A model generated the notes under the pieces. The model was given only the letters and a program-made list of their open reading frames with translations. It had not been told where the DNA came from and searched no databases. The translations under genes were made by a program, and so were the position numbers. Shown here piece after piece: positions 19,456 to 29,725 of a stretch of DNA of 64,000 nt; the first letter of the stretch is position 1; the number at the start of each line of letters is the position of its first letter. This stretch comes from a virus. The stretch spans positions 30,888-94,887 of the IMG/VR virus record IMGVR_UViG_3300036893_000033, one strand, 5' to 3'.

Positions 19456-19781
19456 CAGACGTTGCGGAACTGGATCGGCGCATAGCAACGGCAACCGGGT
19501 GGACGTTCCGGTATATCGACAGTCTTTGGTCATCGGAGTTCTTTGCGCTGATCGATAGCTGGCGCAATAACCCTCCGGCAAACGAGGCGCTCCAGATGGC
19601 GCTGAGGGCGTTCACGAACTGGAAACCGGAAGAGGCGAAACATTCTTCAAGCACTGAAGATATCCGCGACTTCGCCATGCACACGGGGGTGCCTGTGGTG
19701 CCGATTGAGATGATGGAGCCACGACTCAGGGGGTACCTGGATCTGGCGCGGGCGCAGATGGCTTCGGAGAAAATTAACTGA
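19431..19781 (+). CDS. Tail assembly chaperone extension reached by -1 frameshift
   Basis: G GGG GAA at 19431-19437; the -1 frame is open (GNAGPQLTDVAELDRRIATATGWTFRYIDSL..WRNNPP) and runs into ORF 19596-19781. Confidence 0.8.
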   Translation, partial: GGNAGPQLTDVAELDRRIATATGWTFRYIDSLWSSEFFALIDSWRNNPPANEALQMALRAFTNWKPEEAKHSSSTEDIRDFAMHTGVPVVPIEMMEPRLRGYLDLARAQMASEKIN

Positions 19782-20074
19782 TGAGCGTGCGCGTCAGGTT
19801 TGAGTACAGCATCCTTAACTTCGAGGGGCCGTCGCTTGGGGTGATCCGCCAGGAGATCGCCAAAATGGGGCAGTCCGGGTGGGAGAACTATGCTGTTGAC
19901 ATGGGTCGGCTATGGTTCTTTTTTAAGCGCCCAGCCGACCCCCTCGCGGACTTCGAGCACGTCCCGCAGCAGCCTGCGGTTAAGCCGGTAGTGCCTGTGG
20001 TCGCCCCGCCGCCTGCGGTGGCTCCGCTGCTAAATCGCAATAAGCAGTACCAGAACGGAGCGGCACGGCGATGA
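19781..20074 (+). CDS. DUF4177-like small protein
   Basis: FEYSIL...IAKMGQSGWE..FFKRP. Confidence 0.55.
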   Translation: MSVRVRFEYSILNFEGPSLGVIRQEIAKMGQSGWENYAVDMGRLWFFFKRPADPLADFEHVPQQPAVKPVVPVVAPPPAVAPLLNRNKQYQNGAARR

Positions 20075-20188
20075 GGATCGCATTCTGGCTCCTCCGAAGA
20101 TTCGAGATATTCCGCCTGCCTGAACAGCAGAACACGGAGATACGCGCAGAGGTTGATTCGCTCTATGAAGTAGTCTACGGAGTATGGG

Positions 20189-23077
20189 GTGAGCACCATG
20201 CCTGATTCCGATTACATTAGAATTTTAACACAACTTGATGCTTCTGGCGTAAGAGACGGAATGGCGCAAGTCAATTCTGCCGTCAAGTCCGGTCTCGATC
20301 AGGTCAAATCCGCCTATGCTCAGGCTCAGGCGCAGGTCAAAGCTGCTGAAGAAGGACTGAAGACAGCGCAGGCCGCTATCGGGACTAACGCCGCCGCATG
20401 GGTTCAGAACAAAACTGCGGTTACCGCCGCTGAAGAGGCGCTGGCGAAGGCGACACTCGCTGCCGCGTCCCTCAAAGCGCAAATGGTGCAGTTGTCACCC
20501 GCCGTCGATAAGGCTACCTACTCCATGCTCCAGGCCAGATTAGCTGGCCGTGCCCTGGTGCAGGAGGTCGGAGGCCCACTGTCGTTTGTGTTCGGACAGG
20601 TTGCCAGTCAGTCGGCTACGCTGGGTCCGCTCATGGCGAACCTCTTCCCGTACATCGCGGGAGCGGCCTTTGTAAAAATAGCATACGACGTTGGGAAAGA
20701 ATTGTACGACTTGGTGGAGAAGTCTGGCCCGCTGATCGAGGCGGAGAAGCAACTTGCCGAACAGACGGCAAAGGACACGCAGGAGTTCTCTAAACTGGAG
20801 GACCAGTTTGAGCACCTTGAAATCGAAAAAATAACGCAGGAGTTGGGCAAGCTGGCCGGGCTGAAGCTTGCTGGATTTTTCGACGCCGGGGAACTGGCTC
20901 GCGATGAGTCCAGAGTAAAGTATCTGAGCGATTTGGCAGTACGTACGAAGCAGAAGATAGCCTCTGATGAATATCAGACATCCAACCCCGTAATATCCAC
21001 TCTTGAGGCCTTCAATCCTCTGGTGACTGGCATGAAGTTTGCCAATATCGACGACGCACAGGCACAAATAGATAACCTAAAAAAGATAAACGATGAACTG
21101 GACACGCTTAACGAAAAGCTACGGGTAGAACACTTGCTGCGCGATTTAAATTCCGGCAAGCAAAGCAAGCAGGAGGCCGACGACCTAAAGGATCAGTTCG
21201 ACGCGCGGGTCGCGGCGGAGCGCAAGGCCAACGCTGAATTATCCCGCAGCATCCACGATAAATACGACGATCAGGTGTCAGCACTCAAGGCGGGAGCCGA
21301 TTACTCGAAGGCCGCCGAGACGAAAATCCGCCAGGACGAGCTTGCAGAGGCGGAATCATACGGCAACCGCGTCAAAGAGTTGACGGTCGAGGTCAACAAG
21401 CAGGTCGCATCGCTGACACTTGAGGGCCAGACTGGACTCGCCCGCATTGTTCGCGAAGGGCATCGCATCGAGGCCGAAGAAGACAAAAAAGCCATAAAGG
21501 AAAAAGAAGCCACCCTGAAAGAGGGCTTTGAGGTTCTGGCTCGCGAAACTGAGCGCGAGGGGGAAGAACAGATTCGCGCCATACAGGCGCAGGAGCGGGA
21601 CGCCGAGGCTGCGCGCAAAGAATCCTATCAGGTGAAACGCAGAGTAACGGAGTCTGCCGGCGCCATTGGGGTAGATCCACTCGAAGTTCAGAAGGTTCAG
21701 GTCGAGGAAGCCGACAAGGAGCGCGAGAAAAGCATATTCGGGGAGAGCGTAAGGCAGCACGTCGAGTACCTTACGCAGATCGCGGATATAGACCAGGGCA
21801 TCATCAGGGAAAAGAAATCCGTCGTGGAGACGTTGAAGGCTCAGGACGAGGCGGCGTTAGCGGAGGCGCATAGGCATGGTGACGACACGAAGTTAATCGA
21901 CGAGAACATTGCACGTGACGACCAGCAGTTGGCTGCGTTGTCGAAAGAAGCGGCAATTGACAAGCTGAAGTCCGACGCCGCCATAGTCGAAGCCGAAACC
22001 GCCAACTGGCAGAAGCTAATCAAGACCCTCAACGGCGAAATCTCCAGCGGACTCGAACACGCCTTTAACGACCTGCTTCAACATCCGAAGAACTTCCAGA
22101 AAGACCTGAACTCCATCTGGCAGAAGATGCTGGAGGATGCCGAAGGGTTCTTTATTAAACTGGGCGTGAAGATCGCTGAGATCGAGGCGCTGAAGATTCT
22201 GTTGCCAAACTCACAGGCATCGAAGAATGCTCCGAGCATTGCGGATACAATCCGAGACGCGCTGGGGTTGAAGCATAAGGGCGGGGCTGGGCTGCCCGCG
22301 CCGGGGAGTGGTGGAATATTGGGTACCGGCGTCGGAGCACCCACCGGCACTGCCGCGCAGACACCGACACAGGCAACTCATGGCCTCGGCTCACCCGCCA
22401 CGGCAGGCGCGGACCCGGCTACTAACGCGGTTACGTTGGCGCAGCAACAGGCGCAGGCATTCTACGGCCAGCAGATCAGTTACGACCAGCAGATCCTTCA
22501 GGCGCTCCAGGACATCCGCACCAGCGCACAGGAGTCGGCGTCATGTACTTGCAGTTCAAGCGGCGGCGGCAGCAGCCTGGCAAATTCGGCGCTCACCACG
22601 GCAGGCGCGTTGGCAGGCGCAGCGGTCGGATCTAAGATCGGACAGATGGGCACTAATAACAGCCCGCAGTACGACAGCGGTGGTGGCTCTTACTTCCCGA
22701 TCTACGACCCGTATGGTCTCGGGTCTGGCTACAACCCAGGCTACGATCCGAATGACCCAGGGGCCACCGGCAACGACCCCGGAACCGCCAGCGGATGGAG
22801 CGCGGGCGGCGCGGACATCAGGCCCAAGGCGCACCTGTCGATGGGAACTAATTATGTGCCCAAGAGCGGCGTGTATCACCTAGACAGAGGCGAGTCGGTT
22901 CAGCCAAAAGCGTATAACCCGGCAGCGGGCGGTCAAGGCGCGGGTGGTGACACGCACCACCACTGGGGAGGGATCACGGTCAACGCGCCGCAGGCATCCA
23001 ACCCACAGCAGATCGGGGCTATGGTGCTCCAGCATGTGCAGTCTGAAATGCGCCGGTCGAACAGGAAGGCGGCATGA
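20189..23077 (+). CDS. Tape measure protein
   Basis: Long Ala/Glu/Lys helical protein after the chaperones; C-terminal GTNYVPKSGVYHLDRGESV motif. Confidence 0.88.
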   Translation: MSTMPDSDYIRILTQLDASGVRDGMAQVNSAVKSGLDQVKSAYAQAQAQVKAAEEGLKTAQAAIGTNAAAWVQNKTAVTAAEEALAKATLAAASLKAQMVQLSPAVDKATYSMLQARLAGRALVQEVGGPLSFVFGQVASQSATLGPLMANLFPYIAGAAFVKIAYDVGKELYDLVEKSGPLIEAEKQLAEQTAKDTQEFSKLEDQFEHLEIEKITQELGKLAGLKLAGFFDAGELARDESRVKYLSDLAVRTKQKIASDEYQTSNPVISTLEAFNPLVTGMKFANIDDAQAQIDNLKKINDELDTLNEKLRVEHLLRDLNSGKQSKQEADDLKDQFDARVAAERKANAELSRSIHDKYDDQVSALKAGADYSKAAETKIRQDELAEAESYGNRVKELTVEVNKQVASLTLEGQTGLARIVREGHRIEAEEDKKAIKEKEATLKEGFEVLARETEREGEEQIRAIQAQERDAEAARKESYQVKRRVTESAGAIGVDPLEVQKVQVEEADKEREKSIFGESVRQHVEYLTQIADIDQGIIREKKSVVETLKAQDEAALAEAHRHGDDTKLIDENIARDDQQLAALSKEAAIDKLKSDAAIVEAETANWQKLIKTLNGEISSGLEHAFNDLLQHPKNFQKDLNSIWQKMLEDAEGFFIKLGVKIAEIEALKILLPNSQASKNAPSIADTIRDALGLKHKGGAGLPAPGSGGILGTGVGAPTGTAAQTPTQATHGLGSPATAGADPATNAVTLAQQQAQAFYGQQISYDQQILQALQDIRTSAQESASCTCSSSGGGSSLANSALTTAGALAGAAVGSKIGQMGTNNSPQYDSGGGSYFPIYDPYGLGSGYNPGYDPNDPGATGNDPGTASGWSAGGADIRPKAHLSMGTNYVPKSGVYHLDRGESVQPKAYNPAAGGQGAGGDTHHHWGGITVNAPQASNPQQIGAMVLQHVQSEMRRSNRKAA

Positions 23078-23255
23078 TGCCCATACAGTTTACCCCACGC
23101 GCCGATGGTTGCATTCCGGACGCCTGCCCGGATTGGGATGTGTGCGCGGTCTGCGGGGAAGTGATCGACTACTACGATGGCAAGCAGCGCGTTGAAGATC
23201 CGATGTCGCTACATCGATTCAGGCACGGCAGCGAAGGATGTCCGAGGGACCGTAA

Positions 23256-23951
23256 ATGATATCCCTCTGCATGATTACCCTAAACGAATCCCCCCGCCTC
23301 CAGCGCGCCATAGACTCCGCACGCTCTCAGGTGGAGGAGCTTATCATCGTAGACACCGGCAGCACTGACGGAACCGTGGATATCGCCCGCGACAACATGG
23401 CGACGGTGGCACGCATCCCGTTCGTGGACTTCTCCCACGCGCGGAACTACAGCATATCGCTCGCACACGGGGATTACATTTTCGTCCTCGACGCCGACGA
23501 GACGCTGGAGGGCGAATTGCCGGTCCCTCACGTAAAACACAGCTACGCCTTTCATCGGGTCAACGTCGGGCCGGATTACAGGGCATGCGACGATTACCCC
23601 GTGCGACTGTTCCCGCGCTCCGCCTGCTACGAGGGCCGGGTACATGAGACCGTCAACGCCTCCGTTGCTCGCAACGGCGGCTCGATCCGCAGCGTAGCGA
23701 ACGCGATCCGTCACTGGCTCCCGACGCAAGGGGAGCGGAAGGCCAAGAATCTGCGCTACATTGAAGTCTTGAGGCAGGAAATAGCGGAGTCGCCTAACAT
23801 GGAACGTATGGAGTTTCTGGCGGCGGAGTATTACCAGATGGGCGAGTTTCAGCAGGCAGCGGCAGTGGCGCAGGGGATCGTTGACCGGTGGCCCGGTAAC
23901 GGTCGCTGGCACCAGCGGGCGCGTCGCTACCGGGAGGCGGTGGCAGCATGA
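23256..23951 (+). CDS. Glycosyltransferase family 2 with C-terminal TPR-like helices
   Basis: ISLCMI..NE, IVDTGSTDGT, DFSHARN, LDADE, GRVHE. Confidence 0.9.
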   Translation: MISLCMITLNESPRLQRAIDSARSQVEELIIVDTGSTDGTVDIARDNMATVARIPFVDFSHARNYSISLAHGDYIFVLDADETLEGELPVPHVKHSYAFHRVNVGPDYRACDDYPVRLFPRSACYEGRVHETVNASVARNGGSIRSVANAIRHWLPTQGERKAKNLRYIEVLRQEIAESPNMERMEFLAAEYYQMGEFQQAAAVAQGIVDRWPGNGRWHQRARRYREAVAA

Positions 23952-24289
23952 CACCTGACGCTCGCATACCCATTCAGGACGCCTCCGTGCGCCAGATCGG
24001 TCCCGATACTTTTGAGGGCTGCGTGAGCAAGCAGCAATACGACTCCCTGAAGCTGATGATGCGGACGCCTTCTGTGGTGCTTCAGTGCCAGATATGCCAC
24101 CCGACGGCGGGGGCGATAACGGTCAGGCTGAAGGCGTTCCTGGAGCGTCCGAAAGTATTGTGGGAGGCCGTTAAGGCGGACCCGCTTACGCCTAAGATCG
24201 TGATTCCCGACTGGATGAAGGCTGAGGCTAAGGTGCGGCGGGAGATGGCGGAGCGGAAGATGAAGAAGGCGATGAAGCATGGTCGCTGA
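23948..24289 (+). CDS. Hypothetical protein
   Basis: ATGA-coupled ORF. Confidence 0.55.
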   Translation: MTPDARIPIQDASVRQIGPDTFEGCVSKQQYDSLKLMMRTPSVVLQCQICHPTAGAITVRLKAFLERPKVLWEAVKADPLTPKIVIPDWMKAEAKVRREMAERKMKKAMKHGR

Positions 24290-24476
24290 GATAGGGGTCG
24301 CTGAGATAGAGCTACTCCAGTTTTTTGAGCACGCCTTTGAAGGTCCGCCGTGTCCCGCGTGCCACGCCCCGCACTCGCGCTTCCTGTCCACCACGAACGA
24401 ATGGAAATACTATTGCAGGGCATGCTACCGCCGCTTTAATGGCGCGGGTGATTTTATGGATGAGGTATCGCGATGA
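24279..24476 (+). CDS. Zinc-ribbon protein
   Basis: CPACH...YYCRACYRRF. Confidence 0.55.
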   Translation: MVAEIGVAEIELLQFFEHAFEGPPCPACHAPHSRFLSTTNEWKYYCRACYRRFNGAGDFMDEVSR

Positions 24477-25177
24477 GCACGCCGATATTCGGCCCGCTGC
24501 CAGGGCTGATCTCAACCTATAGTCGCGGCAATGCCTGGGAGGGGATTCTCGTCCAAACGTCAGCTTCGCAAATTGAGGCCCGCCAGCAGCAGCAGTCATT
24601 TGCGCGGTATTCCGCCGACCTCAGCTTTGATTATTTAACAATGCAGTCGCGCGGATCTTACACGAACGCTATCGCGGCGCAGAATCTTCAGTACGTGATA
24701 GGCTTCCAGAACTCCCTCGGCGGTGGACTGTCCAGCTTCTTCTACCGCGACCAGGAAGACAACACTGCGATAGGTTCCGTGATCGGCACTGGCGATGGCG
24801 TCACCACCAGTTTCCAGGCGGTTAGGTATTGGGGATCGAACGCTCAGCCCGTCTACGGTTTCGACACCAGAGGCGCAATCAGCTACGGCTCAGGTTACGT
24901 GCAGCCAGCATCATATGCGCAGGCCGCGTACAGCAACGGCGTTCAGGACATGTCGGCTACTTTCGACAGCGAGACCGGAATTATAACGTACTCATCAGCG
25001 CCCGCCTCCGGCCATGCCTTGACCGCTGATTTCACGTACCTGTATCGGTGTCGGATCTTGGAAAATTCGCTTACCTTCGGGAGGCTGTGGAACACCAATT
25101 CGCAGAGCAACCTCAGTACGCCGAATGGCTACTACACGCTGAAGTCGTTCAAAATTATTCAGGTGCTCGCATCATGA
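24473..25177 (+). CDS. Distal tail protein (DUF2460/GTA-like)
   Basis: IGTGDGVTTSFQ and TG.IT...APASG..LTADF.Y..R motifs. Confidence 0.8.
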   Translation: MSTPIFGPLPGLISTYSRGNAWEGILVQTSASQIEARQQQQSFARYSADLSFDYLTMQSRGSYTNAIAAQNLQYVIGFQNSLGGGLSSFFYRDQEDNTAIGSVIGTGDGVTTSFQAVRYWGSNAQPVYGFDTRGAISYGSGYVQPASYAQAAYSNGVQDMSATFDSETGIITYSSAPASGHALTADFTYLYRCRILENSLTFGRLWNTNSQSNLSTPNGYYTLKSFKIIQVLAS

Positions 25178-25476
25178 GAATCATCGACATCGGCGCATTC
25201 TACGTGCGTCCGCGTGGGGTCCGCGTGCCACTCACGCGCGTGAAGTCCAAACCGAAGCGTGGCCAGTATGTGCTCGATGAGGCCAAGGCGCAATATACGA
25301 CCTCGCGGGCTGATATGAAACGGCGGATCGAATATATCTACAGGGTGATCGCATGACCCGCCGCCAGAGGTACCTAACCTTTATCCCCACGCTGGTCTTG
25401 GGGATTTACTTCCGGGGCGTGCCGTATGTTATCTGCCAGTACCCATGCTTGAGTCTGACGTTGACGCTTAACTAAA

Positions 25477-25827
25477 ATGACCGCTTACCCATGGCTAGAC
25501 GCGACAATCGAGAAACTGAAGGAGCAGGAGCGCGCTAATCTCCTGAAGATTGAGCATCGCCTGTACGAGGATCGATACATCCGGGCGTATTTCAAGAACT
25601 ACGACGTAGCGCTGAAGCATCACATCGCCGAACTGACCAGCAAGCTCGACTGGAAGCACAAGGTAAAACTGAAGATGCAACTGGACTGCCATCGGTTACG
25701 TGTTAAAATTAATGGCGCGGTTCACTATCTGGACTTCGTGCTGTACGACGGGCAACCTCAGGTCATGCACAGAGGGCAGCCGATAGGGAACGAGGCAGGG
25801 TGGATTGTGATGGAGGCAATGAAGTAA
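25477..25827 (+). CDS. Hypothetical accessory protein
   Basis: Clean ORF inserted in the tail module. Confidence 0.55.
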   Translation: MTAYPWLDATIEKLKEQERANLLKIEHRLYEDRYIRAYFKNYDVALKHHIAELTSKLDWKHKVKLKMQLDCHRLRVKINGAVHYLDFVLYDGQPQVMHRGQPIGNEAGWIVMEAMK

Positions 25828-26097
25828 CCATGGAGCCGGAAAAGATCGTACTGAAATTCAGCAATATAATGACTGTATTGCGTGGCACGCTGGCTGGGCG
25901 ACTGGATGCGCTGGCGGAATGGTTGTCTGGTTTGGCCGACCGTATTGCGCCGCGCGAGGCCGTGCCGCGACTAAACGATTATTCCTATAACGTGTATTCC
26001 ATAAAAAGCCCGGATGGTGCCGATTCCGTGACAACCGCGACATTGACGGTGCAGGAGAAGGCAAACACTATTACATGGAACCCGCCTTACTGACCCC

Positions 26098-27906
26098 ATG
26101 AAGTCTTCCGCCTCTCCCCAGCTAATCGCCTTTCTGAACCAGCCGAACCTGAAGTTCTATGGCGCGGACATCTACGAGTTCGTCCTCCAGAACACCACCA
26201 GCGTCCAGTATGCGATCACGGGGATCACGCAGGCTACCACAGGCGTCGTCTCCTACTCCGGCAGCGCCCCTGTCGCGGTCGGCAGTAAAGTCTATTTCAA
26301 CTACGTTGCGGGCATGACGCAAATCAATATGCTCACGGGCACCGTACTCACCACCGGATCAGGCACGTTCACAGTGGACATCGCCACCAATGTGTTCAAC
26401 GCCTACGTCTCCGGCGGCACGTTCGCGGTCCTGCCTGTCTTCCGCTGCTCCACCTTCGACCGCCCAATCCTGTACAACGGCGATTACTACCCGGTGGCGC
26501 GGGCGGCGGTCAACCAGTTGTACGCCGTGACCGGCATCTCCCAGGCCACGCTGGCAGTCGTGGATATCACCAAAAACCCGTTCAGCGTCGGCGACTCCAT
26601 GATCTTCGAGTCTGTCGGGGGCATGACGGAGATCAACGGGATGCAGGGGTACGTGGTCGCCCGCGATCCGGCGACCTGCACGATTACGATAGACACCACG
26701 TCCTTCGGAGCCTACGCCTCAGGCGGCACGGCGCTGATGCTCTCCGTCCCCGCCATGACGCGCTCGAAGCTGTCCCAGGCGGTCGGATTGAAGGCCAGCA
26801 AGGCGGATATCACGCTTCAGGCGACCCCCGACGCGCTCATCGCGGGACAGCCCATGCTTACGGCTATCGCACAGGGGGCGCTCGACAACGCTCAGGTTAC
26901 GATCCGGCGCTGTTTTATGACCTACGGGGACGTTCACTACAACGACGGCCAGCTGAACGGCCCAGCGATCTGCAATCTGACCGGGTCTCCGTTCGGGACG
27001 GGCGATGGCACGATCATCTGGTTTGCGGGCAACGTCGGAGCGATCACGAAGGTCGAAGCGCTCAAGGCCGAAATGGAAGTTTGGGATCTGATCTACCTCC
27101 TGAACCGGCCAACACCCAAGAATACCCTTGGACCGGGGTGCTGGCATCAGTTGTTTGATGAAGGATGCGGGATCAGTCCCGGTGGTGGGTTCGGTGGCGT
27201 CAACTGGACACAGACGGGGGGGACGATCACGAGCGCGACGACCCCAGGGGTACAGGCGTTCTCAACGAACATCGCTGTGGGTGCGCCACCACCGCCACCA
27301 CCAGCGCCAGTGTTTTCCCCAACAAATGGCATAAACGGCGGCATTAAGACCCTTCCAGGAAACTTCTATTATGCTGTCCTGACCTACGTATCGACAATTG
27401 GCGGGGAGACGCTGGCGTCACCTGTGTCGGTATCGATGTTCCTTGACCCTGGGTATGTCCCCAGGATTCAGCCTCCACCAGATCCAGGCAACGCTGTCGG
27501 CTGGAACGTCTATGTTGGCACTGAACCGGGAGCGGAGAACCTTCAGAACGGCGCTGTAATCCCTTTCAGCGGCGCGGGCAGCGGGCCATGGACATCCCCC
27601 AACGTCGGCATCAGCTACAACGTGGAGACCCCGCCCGTATTCCCCGGCGCGGGGTACTGGTCGCAGGGGGTTATCACGTTCACCAGCGGCGTCCTGAACG
27701 GGATCTCAGCGGTGGTCGATACGTCTGACGACGCCACCGGGTTTATGACTTTGCGGGTGCCTTTGATTATTGCGCCTACAGTCGGGACTAGTTTTTCGGT
27801 GCAATGTAACTGTGTGAAAACTTACTACAGTTGTAGTTACAAATTTGGGAACACGATCCACCTCGCGGCTGTGCCGTATACACCAACCCCAGAGCAGGCT
27901 TTTTAA
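26098..27906 (+). CDS. Baseplate hub protein (DUF2163/GTA-like) with inserted domains
   Basis: F.G.VG, PGCWHQLFDEGCG, G.ITFTSG.LNG and C.KT..SC..KFGN motifs. Confidence 0.82.
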   Translation: MKSSASPQLIAFLNQPNLKFYGADIYEFVLQNTTSVQYAITGITQATTGVVSYSGSAPVAVGSKVYFNYVAGMTQINMLTGTVLTTGSGTFTVDIATNVFNAYVSGGTFAVLPVFRCSTFDRPILYNGDYYPVARAAVNQLYAVTGISQATLAVVDITKNPFSVGDSMIFESVGGMTEINGMQGYVVARDPATCTITIDTTSFGAYASGGTALMLSVPAMTRSKLSQAVGLKASKADITLQATPDALIAGQPMLTAIAQGALDNAQVTIRRCFMTYGDVHYNDGQLNGPAICNLTGSPFGTGDGTIIWFAGNVGAITKVEALKAEMEVWDLIYLLNRPTPKNTLGPGCWHQLFDEGCGISPGGGFGGVNWTQTGGTITSATTPGVQAFSTNIAVGAPPPPPPAPVFSPTNGINGGIKTLPGNFYYAVLTYVSTIGGETLASPVSVSMFLDPGYVPRIQPPPDPGNAVGWNVYVGTEPGAENLQNGAVIPFSGAGSGPWTSPNVGISYNVETPPVFPGAGYWSQGVITFTSGVLNGISAVVDTSDDATGFMTLRVPLIIAPTVGTSFSVQCNCVKTYYSCSYKFGNTIHLAAVPYTPTPEQAF

Positions 27907-27917
27907 TCAACAACTTA
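27905..27917 (+). promoter_or_regulatory. IHF-consensus site
   Basis: AATCAACAACTTA matches WATCAANNNNTTR; TGcTAAAAT extended -10 just downstream. Confidence 0.5.
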
Positions 27918-28076
27918 CAGTGAATCTAAATTTCTGCTAAAATAGCAATTGCCCGCAGCGTGTCGAGCGCTGAGGGCAATCTAACCAGGAGTGATCGGAA
28001 AGGATCGCAGATGGCTGAAGACAAGAATATCAGGTGGTGCATCTACTCGCTCGCAGCCCAAGAGTACACCCCCTAA

Positions 28077-28770
28077 ATGCCCCTCTACGAATCCCCCGTT
28101 AACGACGCCGAAATCTACCTCACCGGCGACCACATCAGTCTGTACATAAACCAGGGCGACTGCGTGCTGCATATGGGCGCGGCGGCGGCGCGGGCGGTGA
28201 TAAACCTGCTGACGGCGGCGATGGAGAGGCTGAAGGAGAGTAAGATAGAAACATGAGCGCAGCCAGTCGCCAATACAAAAATATCAAAAACTGTGATTTA
28301 GGATGGAATCACATAATGATAGAGGTCGAACGTGAACTGTCGGAGGCCCAAAGAAGGGTGGTGGATCTTCAGCAATCACGCAATATCATACTTGATAAAA
28401 TTCAGAACGGTGAGCTATGCCCAATAAAACTGGCTTTGGGGGATGCAGTAGCTCAGACGCCAGCAGATGATCCCGGAGCCCCTCCCCGACATGAGATAAG
28501 CGCATGAACGTTTGGTATTGCCTCTACAGGACGCTTGACTACGCGGCCTTTATAACCGCCCAATTGTGGATACAATGGTTCTTATATTGGAAGTGGAGTG
28601 CCTTTGCGGTCGCCTTTGAGCGCGGTTGTGTCACATTTCGTGGCGTCGGAGAGGTAGCCTTTGCCATCGCTATAATGTGGTTCTTTTTGTACTGGTCCAT
28701 GACTTGGAACAGGAAGGCAGATAAATTGCGAAGCGCGGGTTCGCCGTCTGATCTGGGGGCTGAGGTATAA
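28077..28770 (+). CDS. Three coupled small hypothetical genes (28077-28256, 28253-28507, 28504-28770; the last is membrane-like)
   Basis: ATGA overlaps; more AT-rich than the flanks. Confidence 0.55.
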
Positions 28771-28774
28771 AATT

Positions 28775-29158
28775 ATGAACGTTAGCCGAAGGGGATTATT
28801 CACCTCAGCAGTAGTCGCCGCACTGGCAGGCCTGAAGACGCCGTGTTTTTGGGCATACGATCCCATGACCCCCACTAAACCCCCGGTGGCCACAGAATGC
28901 GGCATAGCGACACAAAACATAACATCGGAGAGCGCGCCGTATCTGCTAAACCACAACCGTTGCCTGATTCCCTGGCCATCAGACGTTCTTGGCTGCCCGC
29001 CCCCGTATTGCATCACGATAAGCAAGGTAATGACATTCCCCGCAACGGGCACGCTCAGCTACGTTACGGCTGACGGAAACCACCACACCGAACCGCTCTG
29101 CTTTCACCCAATTGTGTCTGTAGATGCGGTATGGTGCGACGGCAAGAGGACCGCATGA
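28775..29158 (+). CDS. Cys-rich protein with twin-arginine motif
   Basis: MNVSRRGLFTSAVVAALAGL. Confidence 0.6.
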   Translation: MNVSRRGLFTSAVVAALAGLKTPCFWAYDPMTPTKPPVATECGIATQNITSESAPYLLNHNRCLIPWPSDVLGCPPPYCITISKVMTFPATGTLSYVTADGNHHTEPLCFHPIVSVDAVWCDGKRTA

Positions 29159-29673
29159 CCTCATCTCCCATGCCAGAAGCCGAAGGCCGCGCGGCTGTGC
29201 TCGCCGAGGCCCAGTCCTGGCTTCGCACGCCATTCAAAGAGGGTGCCGCTGTCCGGGGCGCTGGCATTGACTGCGGCAACCTCCTGATGGTCAGTTACCG
29301 CGCCGCTGGCATCGCCATGGACCTGACGCCTAACGCGAACATATCCAGCGACTGGTTCATGCACAAAAAAACAGGGCAGCTGCTGAATCCCGTCTCTGCC
29401 CACGCCCGTGAGGTAACCGTTCCGCAACCGGGGGACTGCGTGCTGTTCTTTATCGGCAAGGACTGGGCGCACGCCGCCATCGTAGCGCGGCAGGGCTACC
29501 CGGTCGTTATCCAGGCGCGCTGGAAGGCCTGCGTTCAACTGGCCGACTGCACGCAGGGAGATATGAAGAACCTGAAGCGGGTATTTTATTCGCCGTGGAG
29601 CGCGCCTGCGCCGGTGGCTTCTCCGTTCGGGCTGCATGGGGTTGACGCGCACGCTGCCGTGGTGCCGGTGTGA
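29155..29673 (+). CDS. NlpC/P60 tail-associated peptidase
   Basis: AEAQSWLRTPF..GAGIDC..PGD.VLF....AHAAI. Confidence 0.88.
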   Translation: MTSSPMPEAEGRAAVLAEAQSWLRTPFKEGAAVRGAGIDCGNLLMVSYRAAGIAMDLTPNANISSDWFMHKKTGQLLNPVSAHAREVTVPQPGDCVLFFIGKDWAHAAIVARQGYPVVIQARWKACVQLADCTQGDMKNLKRVFYSPWSAPAPVASPFGLHGVDAHAAVVPV

Positions 29674-29725
29674 GCGCGGAAGTGGACCATGGTGGCGGAT
29701 CAGTCCGGGAGTTAAAATAGCAAAC

